Assembly: GCA_023129075.1 (NCBI GenBank)
Contig: JAGMCT010000002.1
Span: forward strand, 67,077 to 131,076
DNA: 64,000 bases
Direction: 5' to 3'
Source: Candidatus Micrarchaeota archaeon
GTDB taxonomy: Archaea; Micrarchaeota; Micrarchaeia; Anstonellales; Bilamarchaeaceae
Part shown: positions 17,260 to 26,577 of the stretch, piece by piece
Position numbering within the stretch: the stretch's first letter is position 1
Layout of the letters: every line of letters starts with the position of its first letter
Position numbers and translations under genes: made by a program
The notes under the pieces: model-generated
What the model saw: only the letters and a program-made list of their open reading frames with translations
What the model was told of the DNA's origin: nothing
The model's database searches: none

Positions 17260-19157
17260 TGCGAATGAAGATATTTATCATATTCATGCTTATTGTGTTT
17301 GGCATAGTAGCATTTTTCCTTTTCCTTCCTTCAGGAGAAGAAATAGAGATAAAGACAGGAACAGCAGAGGTCCTTTCCTTTGGAAGGGCAGGAGATGAGG
17401 GATATGCGATTGTAAATCTTAATGGAACAGGGGCGTTTCGCATATTATCGCTTGAGGAAGCACCGAAAAGAAATCTATATATACTGAGTGAAGAAGGAGT
17501 CGGGATGGAAAGTTTTGATGAACTTATGGATTCAGTGTATGAATTGGAGGATTACGGGTTTCTTATCCAGATTGTGGGGAGGTCAAAACTACTTACTCTT
17601 AAACAGCAGATAATACTCATTCCAACCGGGGCAATGCCGGATTATATACTTGAAAATATAGATGAAATGGCCTCTGACAATAAGATTATTTATATAGGAA
17701 AAACCAACTTTATAAAGAAAAAAGACCTTAAAATGAGTTTTTGGGTGAATGAACTTGGTAACGGGACTGAAGAGAAATTGATAATCTACGATATGACGCT
17801 TGATGAATTCATAGATAAAGGAAATCTTGATGCTCTGTTTGATTCAATTGTTGAGAATTCCTGGGCTTTGAAAGATAAGATGAAATACTCATTTGAGGAT
17901 GTGATTGAAAAAAGGACATTATTTAGTTGGCTGCCAGAAACAGGATATGTTTCAGTAATATTTGATTCAGAGACAGAACATTTCCTTGTAGATTCAGGTT
18001 TCATAAGGCAGGATACAATAACTATAGATGCTGATGACTCAATCTTTCCATGGGAGATCTCAAACGTTGAGTTTTCCATTAATGAAAGTATAGGAAAGGC
18101 ATTTTATTCCCTTGAAAAAAACGGAGTTGTGCTCCTGACCGAGGAATTGGGCAGGATAAATGAGGAAAAGGCATTTTTCTTCCCGTTTGAATTTGATGCT
18201 CCCGGGGATTACATAATGAAGATTTATGACAGCGTTGGAGTCAGAGGAACAGAGAGAATACATGTAAAGGATATAGACATATCACTTGAAACAGCCGAGG
18301 ATGTGAGATATGTCTTTTTTGTCATGATTGATGATGTGCCTGTTGAATCAGGAATGGTTTATGTTTCTTTGAATGATGGAGAGGAAAGGGAATATGCAAT
18401 CTCACATGGATATGTTACTGTAAGCGCAAAGACGGAGAAGGGTATGAACATCTTTAAGATGAAATACCTTCAGTTCTATGAGGAGATATCTTATGAATCA
18501 AAAGCAGAGGATTGGATTGGTGCAATAATAAAATTCGGAATTCCAGGAATGATTGTGATACTAATAATATTTGCTTATGTATGGGCATCAAAAAAGCCGA
18601 TGTACAAACTTAGGCTGGAACATTCTTCATCTGAAAAGAGGAAAGAACTTCCTGTTAATGAAAAACAAATAATAGAAACATTTGAAGGTGTTGAGAAGCT
18701 TTTCAAGTGGAAACAAATTCCCCTTACCCCAAAGGAAATAATGATAGGGCTTAAGAAAAGGATTACGGATGGTGCGGATATATCCGATGGAAACCTTGAG
18801 AATATTCTTAAGAAGCTGATGGAAAAGGACCTTGTTGAGTCCCATCTGGAATATTATCAGCTTAATGGATGGGGAGATGTAAAGAAGAATGTTCTTCTGA
18901 GGATTATTCAGGACAAGCTTGTTGAGAAGGGAACAACGTTCAAAAGGGTTGAGGATGGTTTTCTTGTTGGCAACAGGGTGATAACGCCTGTTTATGACCA
19001 TAGAAAGAAGAAAACAATTGTTGTTTTTGAGGATGCTGAAGAGGTAAGGCGTTTTGTTAAGGGAATGAGTGAAGACGACAGGGCCGTTTTTGAATTGAAA
19101 AAAGAGAATGATATTCTCCAGATTACAACACTCTCCAGATTGGATGAGATATTATGA
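17259..19157 (+). CDS. Membrane protein with an N-terminal TM, a large extracytoplasmic domain, a second TM (~aa 530) and a ~90-aa cytoplasmic winged-helix-like C-terminal domain. It occupies the position where pheT is usually found
   Basis: Hydrophobic segments MKIFIIFMLIVFGIVAFFLFL and IPGMIVILIIFAYVWA. The ATG at 17259 overlaps the pheS stop (TAATG). Confidence 0.5.
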   Translation: MRMKIFIIFMLIVFGIVAFFLFLPSGEEIEIKTGTAEVLSFGRAGDEGYAIVNLNGTGAFRILSLEEAPKRNLYILSEEGVGMESFDELMDSVYELEDYGFLIQIVGRSKLLTLKQQIILIPTGAMPDYILENIDEMASDNKIIYIGKTNFIKKKDLKMSFWVNELGNGTEEKLIIYDMTLDEFIDKGNLDALFDSIVENSWALKDKMKYSFEDVIEKRTLFSWLPETGYVSVIFDSETEHFLVDSGFIRQDTITIDADDSIFPWEISNVEFSINESIGKAFYSLEKNGVVLLTEELGRINEEKAFFFPFEFDAPGDYIMKIYDSVGVRGTERIHVKDIDISLETAEDVRYVFFVMIDDVPVESGMVYVSLNDGEEREYAISHGYVTVSAKTEKGMNIFKMKYLQFYEEISYESKAEDWIGAIIKFGIPGMIVILIIFAYVWASKKPMYKLRLEHSSSEKRKELPVNEKQIIETFEGVEKLFKWKQIPLTPKEIMIGLKKRITDGADISDGNLENILKKLMEKDLVESHLEYYQLNGWGDVKKNVLLRIIQDKLVEKGTTFKRVEDGFLVGNRVITPVYDHRKKKTIVVFEDAEEVRRFVKGMSEDDRAVFELKKENDILQITTLSRLDEIL

Positions 19158-20347
19158 AGACTACTTTTATTTTTTTCCTATTTCTTACCCTTGTTTTTTC
19201 ATATTCCGAACCACCGGTTAATGAAACTATAATTCATAATACCCAGCTTGCCTCTTCCCTGATGGATTACTCAGGGGCTGTCCTTTCCTCTAACTGCTGG
19301 GATGATTGGAATACTGAGGGTGAAGAGGTTTGCATAGGAGCAGCAATATCCCTTATAAAACCCATTCCAACTGTTGATAATTTTACTTCACAGAATCCAA
19401 TTGGTTTTTTATGGATGTGGGGGTCTTCTTATCCGGTTTCAGCGAGTGCAGGGGAACATTCATCCTGCGAAGAGGTTACTCTTATGTTTTTGGATACCTC
19501 CCATTCAGGGAATGCAACGTTTATCTTTGAGAACATGAGCAAAACTGTTTCCCTTGATTTTGATGAAGGAATAATCCAGATTCCGTTTCCTCTGGACGGG
19601 AATACTACCAATATAACGCTTACTGTTCTTCTTAATGCAACGCTTAGATTTAATTATCTTAAATTGAGTGATTACATGGACGGGCCGTTCTGTAAGCAGG
19701 CCACAAGCCAGGTTTTTTTTGATGTCAAGCTCTCCGATGTCAGCTCTTCTTATTATGTTGAATCTGGAGAGCCGTTGTTTTTTACTTTAAGACCGGTTCT
19801 TAAGGAGCAATGGTACAAAAACAATAAGTTTGACAATCTTGCATTCAGCAGGAAGAGATTTTACAAGGCAGAGGTTTTTCTTGATAATGAATCCATATAC
19901 AAACAAAATCTTTATAATTTTACAATAGAAAACGATTCCTATGAGGTCTGGTATGTTCATTCGCACAAACTCAATAATTCCGAGTTTCTTGAGGTTAAGG
20001 AACAGAACAATGCCTCTTCCCTGTCAACCCTGAACCGAACATATTTCTATTCTTATTTCCTTAACTCAACTTACAATGCAACAGGCCTGCATTCCGTTCA
20101 GCTTATTTTGTATTCACTGTTTGCAGAAGAGCATAATCTTACGGTTCCAATAAAGAGCAGAAAGTTAACAGCATATAATTCCCTTTCTGAAACAGGAGAA
20201 GAAAAGGGAGATGAAGATTCTTACAGGCCTTCAGTTCCAATGCTTTCTTTTTCTGAATTGAAGATGGTTTATCTTGAGGGCGGGATGCTTGCTTTATTTC
20301 TAATCGTTTCTCTTGTATGGGTAGGGGTGAAGATTAGGTCTAGATAA
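19154..20347 (+). CDS. Secreted, N-glycosylation-sequon-rich surface protein with a C-terminal TM anchor
   Basis: Signal peptide MKTTFIFFLFLTLVFS. About 15 N-x-S/T sequons in 397 aa. C-terminal TM MLALFLIVSLVWVGV + KIRSR. Start overlaps the upstream gene. Confidence 0.55.
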   Translation: MKTTFIFFLFLTLVFSYSEPPVNETIIHNTQLASSLMDYSGAVLSSNCWDDWNTEGEEVCIGAAISLIKPIPTVDNFTSQNPIGFLWMWGSSYPVSASAGEHSSCEEVTLMFLDTSHSGNATFIFENMSKTVSLDFDEGIIQIPFPLDGNTTNITLTVLLNATLRFNYLKLSDYMDGPFCKQATSQVFFDVKLSDVSSSYYVESGEPLFFTLRPVLKEQWYKNNKFDNLAFSRKRFYKAEVFLDNESIYKQNLYNFTIENDSYEVWYVHSHKLNNSEFLEVKEQNNASSLSTLNRTYFYSYFLNSTYNATGLHSVQLILYSLFAEEHNLTVPIKSRKLTAYNSLSETGEEKGDEDSYRPSVPMLSFSELKMVYLEGGMLALFLIVSLVWVGVKIRSR

Positions 20348-21506
20348 ATTCATTTAGTCTGCTCTGTCCAAAAACCTCGCTCCTTTTTAGATATTCCAAG
20401 ATATTTACCCGCAACCTTTTTCCTGCTTCAGCAGCAGCCTCTTTAATCCCTGAGAATCCCTCCCATTTTTTCATTGCATCCCTGGTATTCTCTCTCACCT
20501 GGAATACCCCTACAGGTATTTGATATCCTTCATACACCTCTCTTATTGCAAGCACTGCAGCCTGTTTTCGTATTTTTCTCAGGTATTCTAGAACAGCCAG
20601 TTTTACTGCATAATATGCGCCGGCCTGTTTGTCTGCATACTTTGTTCTCCCTTTAAAGGATTCGTATTCCCTGTTTATTCTGAATTCCCTGCTGTTTTTT
20701 GTCCATATTGTGCTTGGAGCCCATGCCTCAAAGTTTTCGAATTCCCATTTGCGCGGAAGCAGTATAATCTCATAATGATTGTGCAGGGATTCATGATGGA
20801 ATACCCTTACCTGGTTTATTACAGGATATTCTTTTATCTCTTTCATGAGTATTTTTCCCAGCATGTCATCTGTTGCTGTTATGCTCCATCTTGTAGGCAC
20901 CATTCTTTTTGCCTTTTTTTCCCCAAGAAGTCCTGCCGAAAGCAGATTTGTAATATAATAGTTGTCAAGTTTCTTATGGTGCATCTCCTTTACCGACTCA
21001 ACCGCTTTGATATCCTCTCCTATGAGTTCATCCACTAATCTGGGTATTCTTGGGTTGCTGCACAGGTCAAGCCTCTTGAGCGGAGCACTACCTCCAACCG
21101 GTTGGCTTATCTCGGAGAAGGAGGGCCTCTTGAATATTGGTTTTCTTGTGAATCTTAATTCCATATCAACAGGTGTCAAAGAAAGGATGCTTTCCTTAAG
21201 GTTTTCTTCAACCCGTTTCCCAAACCTTTTTCCGACCACCACAGCACCCCGGTATTCTATTATTTTATCATATCCTGCTTCATAAAGTTCCCTGAATGTG
21301 CTGGAGTTTTCATACGGTACTGCAGGTCCGAAGCTTATGTCAGGGTAGCCGTAGCTGCCTACAAATATTTCATTACTTTCCCCAAAATAATGTTCATTTA
21401 TAGCCGGCGGTCTGGTCTTTATGGATGAGAGCAAAGGACACCGTTCAAGTCCGCAAAGTTTTTTTGCACCCTTGCAAAGAAGGCAGAGATTATCTGGTTT
21501 CATCAA
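20340..21506 (-). CDS. NreA-like archaeal DNA-repair-associated protein (DUF650/DUF651-type) with an N-terminal Cys4 cluster and a C-terminal PIP-box-like motif
   Basis: N-terminal CLLCKGAKKLCGLERCP. C-terminal QSRLNEFI matches Qxx[LIM]xxF[FYI] at the extreme C-terminus, as reported for NreA proteins. The family assignment is from memory only. Confidence 0.4.
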   Translation of the reverse strand: MMKPDNLCLLCKGAKKLCGLERCPLLSSIKTRPPAINEHYFGESNEIFVGSYGYPDISFGPAVPYENSSTFRELYEAGYDKIIEYRGAVVVGKRFGKRVEENLKESILSLTPVDMELRFTRKPIFKRPSFSEISQPVGGSAPLKRLDLCSNPRIPRLVDELIGEDIKAVESVKEMHHKKLDNYYITNLLSAGLLGEKKAKRMVPTRWSITATDDMLGKILMKEIKEYPVINQVRVFHHESLHNHYEIILLPRKWEFENFEAWAPSTIWTKNSREFRINREYESFKGRTKYADKQAGAYYAVKLAVLEYLRKIRKQAAVLAIREVYEGYQIPVGVFQVRENTRDAMKKWEGFSGIKEAAAEAGKRLRVNILEYLKRSEVFGQSRLNEFI

Positions 21507-21622
21507 TTAGTAATTTCATCATTTTCTTTTAAATTCCTATGCACATTTTATTACTTTTATTATAACCTATTAGCAAACATTTAAATACTTAAATTGCGTA
21601 ATTAGTACACTGGTGATGTTTT

Positions 21623-22636
21623 ATGGTTAAAAAAAGGAAACTGGTTAAAGGCAGGAGTCCGAAATCAGCACCGCGTACTGGTGCCTCTCAGCATTCGTCA
21701 CGTCCACCTTCTAAATCAGCAAAAAAAAGGTCTTCTATTTCCCCTAAAGCTGGAAAGATGCTGAAAAAGAAAATAAAGAGTAAGGTACTGGGAGCAGGAA
21801 AGGTTAAGAAAACCATTAAGAAAACCGTAAAGAAAGTAAAAACCACCAGGAAGATAAAAATAACATCACTCAAAAAGAAAGGAAAAACAGCAAAGAAGAT
21901 GGGGAGAGCAGGGAAAACAACAAAGAAACTAAAAAAAATAATAAAAAAAATAAAAAAAATAAAGAAATCTATAAAAAAAATAAAAACAGTAAAAAAATCA
22001 ATAAGAAAGCCAATAAAATCAAAGAGAATAAAGAAACTCAAGACTAAAAAACAAAGAAAGTCCATTGTAAAAAAACCAAAAATAAAAAAAATAACCAAGA
22101 AAAAGGCAAAGGAACTGCTAAAGAAAAAGGTTCCTAAGCCGAACCTTGAACTGCTGAAAAGACTTTCTGAACCAAAGGTAAGGGAAGCACTGGTGGAACA
22201 TGCGGGTGAGAATGCGCTTCCACTTCTTAAGTCTTTTGAAGGTTCTACAAGCGATGATGAGCTCTCCAAAACCTTGAAGATAAAGATAAGTGATGTTCGT
22301 GCAGCGCTTAACAAGTTGCATACTCTCGGCATAGTCCGCTATAATAGAACCAGAGATACTGAAACAGGGTGGTTTTCCTACTTCTGGACTATTAATTCGC
22401 AGAAGATGAATGAATGGTCGGAGACTGTGCAGGAAAAACATGAAAAAGAATTTGTACTTCCTGAAGGAGACCATTATTTCTGTCCAAAATGCAAAAGGGA
22501 TAGCATCCATAATTTTGACAGCGCTTCTGAGTATGGTTTTAGATGCCCTCTCTGCAGTTCTTCACTTGATTTCCTTGAGGAAAAGCATATCCCTAAGTTA
22601 TTTGGGGAGATTGTTCCTAAAAGGATGAGGTTATAA
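21623..22636 (+). CDS. tfe: Transcription factor E (TFE alpha, TFIIE-alpha homologue) fused to a ~170-aa N-terminal lysine-rich histone-H1/SPKK-like extension
   Basis: The C-terminal 165 aa has the TFE winged helix (ELSKTLKIKISDVRAALNKLHTLGIVRY) and a Zn ribbon (CPKCK...CPLC). The N-terminus has KKIKKIKKSIKKIK... and SPKS/SPKA motifs. Confidence 0.7.
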   Translation: MVKKRKLVKGRSPKSAPRTGASQHSSRPPSKSAKKRSSISPKAGKMLKKKIKSKVLGAGKVKKTIKKTVKKVKTTRKIKITSLKKKGKTAKKMGRAGKTTKKLKKIIKKIKKIKKSIKKIKTVKKSIRKPIKSKRIKKLKTKKQRKSIVKKPKIKKITKKKAKELLKKKVPKPNLELLKRLSEPKVREALVEHAGENALPLLKSFEGSTSDDELSKTLKIKISDVRAALNKLHTLGIVRYNRTRDTETGWFSYFWTINSQKMNEWSETVQEKHEKEFVLPEGDHYFCPKCKRDSIHNFDSASEYGFRCPLCSSSLDFLEEKHIPKLFGEIVPKRMRL

Positions 22637-22638
22637 TC

Positions 22639-23022
22639 GTGGCAAAGAAACCCGAACTGAATGTGTATACTGTTCCTTTTTTTAATGAAAAAATACTTGT
22701 TCTGAAAAGACATAATGGAATATGGGAGTTCCCAGGAGGGGGCGTTGTTTTCGGAGAAAAACCAGAACAGACTGCATTAAGGGAACTAAAGGAGGAAACA
22801 AGCCTAAGCGGAAAGAACCTTTCCTTCCTTGGGATTACCTCAGCAGTATACGAAAAGGATGAAAAGGAAAAGCACTCGGTATATTTAGTATATAAGTGCA
22901 GTGTTGATTCTGATGCTTATTCTACCTCTCTTGAGCATGAAGAAGGAAGATGGCTTACTATTAATGAATTGAAATATCTCAAATTAGGGCTTAATGTTGA
23001 ACCAATTCTGGATATGCTGTAA
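22639..23022 (+). CDS. Nudix hydrolase (GTG start)
   Basis: Nudix box GGGVVFGEKPEQTALRELKEETSL. Confidence 0.8.
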   Translation: MAKKPELNVYTVPFFNEKILVLKRHNGIWEFPGGGVVFGEKPEQTALRELKEETSLSGKNLSFLGITSAVYEKDEKEKHSVYLVYKCSVDSDAYSTSLEHEEGRWLTINELKYLKLGLNVEPILDML

Positions 23023-23078
23023 TTTTAAAATTCGAGTTTTGTAGAAAAAGAAAAGAAAAAAAGAAAATTTTTATTTCT

Positions 23079-23747
23079 TCACTGTAATTCAAGGAAGAAA
23101 TAATATGTTTCTGTATGACCTGCAGTATCTGTGGTTGGCACCATCAACTGATAATCTGCAACATGACCATCAAGAGCTGTTGCAGCTCCAGTAGTATCTA
23201 TCTTTACACAGAATGCAAAGTCAACTTCTGCACCATCGTTTCCATCATCTACTACACCGGTTTCCCAGCCCTGTACATCTGTTGCCGTCTCCACATTAGT
23301 AAGAGCTGCTCCTGCTATTTCATAGTTCTCAAAGGTTGTATATGTTGCTGTTGCATTGTCCTTTGCAGCTCCAAAGCTCCATACTGTGTTTAATGAACTG
23401 TTGGTTGCTGTTGAAACAGAGCTCCAGTCAAAGGATGCATCCTGAGATACACAAACCTCTCCACCATCTGCTTGGTCCCATGACCATGCAAACATTATAG
23501 AGGTGCTGTCAAGACCCAACACAAGGTTACCAGTTACGTTACCATAGTAACCTGCCCACTTCTGTGTGGATGTGTTACCAGTTAATACGATCCCGGTTAC
23601 GTTTCCTCCTTCTGTTAAGTCGGTTGCAGTTGTACCAGATGTATAACTACCCTCTCCTTTTGTTTCAATACTAGAAGCGTCCTGTATTGCAAACCCCAAT
23701 CCTACAAAAGTGAGCAATACTATTCCAAATACTATCGCCTTATTCAT
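23079..23747 (-). CDS. Secreted ~200-aa protein that is a stand-alone copy of the N-terminal domain of the 2238-aa giant protein
   Basis: N-terminal signal/anchor MNKAIVFGIVLLTFVGLGFA. The shared blocks are DLTEGGNVTGIVLTGNTSTQKWAGYYGNVTG (giant protein DLTEGGNITAVNLQGNDTTQRWAGFYGNISIG) and ADYQLMVP...YYFFLELQ (giant protein SDYQLILP...DYWLFADVQ). Confidence 0.6.
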   Translation of the reverse strand: MNKAIVFGIVLLTFVGLGFAIQDASSIETKGEGSYTSGTTATDLTEGGNVTGIVLTGNTSTQKWAGYYGNVTGNLVLGLDSTSIMFAWSWDQADGGEVCVSQDASFDWSSVSTATNSSLNTVWSFGAAKDNATATYTTFENYEIAGAALTNVETATDVQGWETGVVDDGNDGAEVDFAFCVKIDTTGAATALDGHVADYQLMVPTTDTAGHTETYYFFLELQ

Positions 23748-23811
23748 ATCTAATCACCAAGGAAAATAAGAAATGAAAGTATTTAAATACTTTTCTGAAT
23801 AAACTCTCGTT

Positions 23812-25500
23812 ATGAGACGATTTCTCACATTTTTAATGGGTTTAATGGTTTTAGTGAACCTCTCAAGCGCATTGGTTGTAGTAAACTCACAGGATGGACT
23901 GGACGTTTCCTCTGCAGCATTTTATGCTATACTTACAGAAGAAAAACTAGTGTTTTTCGCTCCAGGTTCCAGTGGAATTGCAGAGCTGGTTCTTATTGGA
24001 GAAGGTAAAGAAGTATATTACATAGAATCCAGCGATAATGCAGTTTACGTAGGTTTCAAGGGTTCTATGGAGCAGAAAGGCAATACTGTTGAACAGTATT
24101 CTTCAGAGGACCCGCTTTCAACAAATCGTTATCTTGCAGAAAAATCCGGAGCAGAGAATTTTATTCTTGCAGACCCTGCATACGGCACCACAATTGTTTC
24201 AACGATGCCGTATGGCAAACTCACAAACTCCTTTCTTTTGTTTGTGACCGAGGCAAATGCCGGCCAGGTTGCAGACTTCCTTAAGGGAAAAGGAGAGATC
24301 CTTGTTTACGGCTATGTTGATGATGCAGTTCTTGAATCGCTTGATGAAAATAATATAAATTATGACAGGATTTACAATGAGGATATCTATGAAGACAACC
24401 TTGCTCTGGTTGACAAATACTTTGAAATAAACCCGGATAAAAAGCAGGTTGTATTTGCAGGCGGTGAATACCTTGAAGACAGCATCATAACAGGAGAAGA
24501 CCCGATTATTCTTGCCTCAGAGGTTCTTCCTACTGCAGTTGAGAATTATATAAAAGAAAAAGCCAGGGAAGGACAAATAACAGTGGGAGTAATTATTGAT
24601 AATAGGTATACTGCTGCTTTGGGCAGTATTATGCGTAAGATAAATGAAGAAGCAGGAAACAAGATTTTTTCTTTATTCCTTAAGTTCGGCCAGACACTTC
24701 CAGGAGTAAACCAGGGAGTGAATCCGCTTGTTACATTTCCCCTTCCTCATGTTATCCTGAATCTGGTAGTAAAGAATATGGAATATAACACAGCAACAAA
24801 AACCCTTGACATAACCTATGAAAACAAAGGAAATGTTCCGATTTACTACAAATCAAGCATGAATCTGTTTTTGGACGGGGAATCCTTTAAATCAGTAGGA
24901 GATGAAGACGCAGAGACAATAGGAAAAGGAGGGATAACTGGTGTTTCCTATTCTCTTGAGGTAGAAGAAGGGGAGCTTACAACGAATATAACAGTGCTTT
25001 ACGGTTCCTCAAAGAATTCTTTTGAAAAAGGTTTTATACAGGATTGGAATATAGGGAGAATAGATTATATTGATATTTCTGAACTTAGCATGTCAGAAGC
25101 GGTTTACAATCCTGAAACCGATGAGCTCTCAATAAGGTTCACGAATTCAGGAGAAGAGAGTGTTTATTTCAAGGTTTCTTCTGCATATCTTATTGAAGGA
25201 ATCTCAACAGCTGTTGAAAGCGAAGGACAGTATGACCTTGAACCCAATAGTGCAAGGGTTGTAAAGCTCACCAGTCTCCTTGTTCCAAAGGACAAGCTTG
25301 AAGAGGTCGAGATGAAGGCTACAGCCAATTATGGGGGGAGGGAAGGTTTCCTTGTAAAGACAGCCGAAACCGATGTTGAGATAAAACAGCCGGAGATGGA
25401 CCTTACCATTCTGTGGATAGTGCTCGCGGTAATCCTGGTTTTGGTAGTTGCTTACTTCCTGTTTTCAGGAAAGGAGAAGAACAGAAGTGAGAAAAGATGA
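23812..25500 (+). CDS. Large secreted surface protein with a C-terminal TM anchor and basic tail (S-layer/surface-protein-like architecture)
   Basis: Signal peptide MRRFLTFLMGLMVLVNLSSA. C-terminal LTILWIVLAVILVLVVAYFLF + SGKEKNRSEKR. Confidence 0.55.
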   Translation: MRRFLTFLMGLMVLVNLSSALVVVNSQDGLDVSSAAFYAILTEEKLVFFAPGSSGIAELVLIGEGKEVYYIESSDNAVYVGFKGSMEQKGNTVEQYSSEDPLSTNRYLAEKSGAENFILADPAYGTTIVSTMPYGKLTNSFLLFVTEANAGQVADFLKGKGEILVYGYVDDAVLESLDENNINYDRIYNEDIYEDNLALVDKYFEINPDKKQVVFAGGEYLEDSIITGEDPIILASEVLPTAVENYIKEKAREGQITVGVIIDNRYTAALGSIMRKINEEAGNKIFSLFLKFGQTLPGVNQGVNPLVTFPLPHVILNLVVKNMEYNTATKTLDITYENKGNVPIYYKSSMNLFLDGESFKSVGDEDAETIGKGGITGVSYSLEVEEGELTTNITVLYGSSKNSFEKGFIQDWNIGRIDYIDISELSMSEAVYNPETDELSIRFTNSGEESVYFKVSSAYLIEGISTAVESEGQYDLEPNSARVVKLTSLLVPKDKLEEVEMKATANYGGREGFLVKTAETDVEIKQPEMDLTILWIVLAVILVLVVAYFLFSGKEKNRSEKR

Positions 25501-25988
25501 AAAAAAGAAGAGGGTTTGATGAGTTCTTTAGCATAAACAATGAATTCGAGGCAATGAAAGAGGAAATGGAGCAGATAATGGAACGCATGCTCTCAGATAT
25601 TCCCGAAGAGAAGTTAAGAAGACTCACAGAGATGCAAAGGCCGAATGTTTATGGTTTTTCAATCAAGGTTTCTTCGGATGGAAAACCAGAAGTAAAGGAG
25701 TTCGGGAACATAAAACCCGCCAAAAGAGAGAAAGGTTTTATTCACGATGAAAGAGAGCCTCTTATTGATGTTTTCAAAACAGAAAATGAGGTTATGGTTA
25801 TGGCCGAGGTTCCTGGAGCAGATGAAAAGGACATTCATATAACTAAAACCGATGGAGAATTAGAGATTATTGTTGATTCAGAAAAAAGGCAGTATTATAA
25901 GAGACTGAAGCTTCCAGCCGATGTTGATTTGGCCAAGATGAAAAAGAACTATAAAAATGGTGTGCTTGAACTGAGATTCCAACTTTGA
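25497..25988 (+). CDS. Small heat-shock protein (Hsp20 family), the second copy in the window
   Basis: ACD PLIDVFKTENEVMVMAEVPGADEKDIHI ... KNGVLELRF. Confidence 0.8.
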   Translation: MKKRRGFDEFFSINNEFEAMKEEMEQIMERMLSDIPEEKLRRLTEMQRPNVYGFSIKVSSDGKPEVKEFGNIKPAKREKGFIHDEREPLIDVFKTENEVMVMAEVPGADEKDIHITKTDGELEIIVDSEKRQYYKRLKLPADVDLAKMKKNYKNGVLELRFQL

Positions 25989-26037
25989 CATCCATTTAAA
26001 AAACAATCCCAATACAATAGATGTGTGGTGACTAATT

Positions 26038-26577
26038 ATGTACTACGTGGCAAAGATTGATGATAAGATAAGATTTCCCCCGTCTTACCTTACTATGAAA
26101 AAGGAGACTGCAGTAAAAAAGATTATTCAGGAGAAATATGAAAGAAGGATAAATAAGGAGCTGGGTCTTGTTCTTACGATAGGGGAAGTAGGAGTAAAGG
26201 GAGAAGGAAAGATAATCCCAGGGGATGGAGCAATTTATTATAATGTTAACTTCGAGGCATTGCTTTTCAAGCCGCAGATAAATGAGGTTTATGCTTCAGA
26301 TATCAAAGAGATTGTGGATTTCGGCGCCTTTGCATCTATAGGGCCCATAGATGGTTTGATACATCTTTCCCAGATAGGGCAGGAAAAGTATTTCTATGAT
26401 AAGAAGGCAAAGAAACTTACTTCAAAAAGGGGAAAATCATTGGGAAAAGGAGAGATGGTTATTGCAAAAATTTCAACCGTAAGCATTAAGGAAACAACCT
26501 CAGATACCAAGATAGGGTTGACTATGAGGGGGCCCGGATTGGGTTCTTTTAAAGAAAAGAAGAGGGAGAAAAAATGA
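26038..26577 (+). CDS. rpoE: DNA-directed RNA polymerase subunit E' (Rpo7; S1 domain)
   Basis: Rpo7 N-domain plus an S1-like C-domain (GEMVIAKISTVSIKE). A conserved rpoE'-spt4 gene pair follows. Confidence 0.75.
   Translation: MYYVAKIDDKIRFPPSYLTMKKETAVKKIIQEKYERRINKELGLVLTIGEVGVKGEGKIIPGDGAIYYNVNFEALLFKPQINEVYASDIKEIVDFGAFASIGPIDGLIHLSQIGQEKYFYDKKAKKLTSKRGKSLGKGEMVIAKISTVSIKETTSDTKIGLTMRGPGLGSFKEKKREKK

Noticed and set aside
21688-22510. Minus-strand ORFs (214 and 130 aa, F/I-rich) inside the tfe gene
   Set aside because: They are the antisense of the lysine (AAA/AAG) repeat region, which gives poly-Phe/Ile. No start context. The plus-strand ORF carries a bona fide TFE core.
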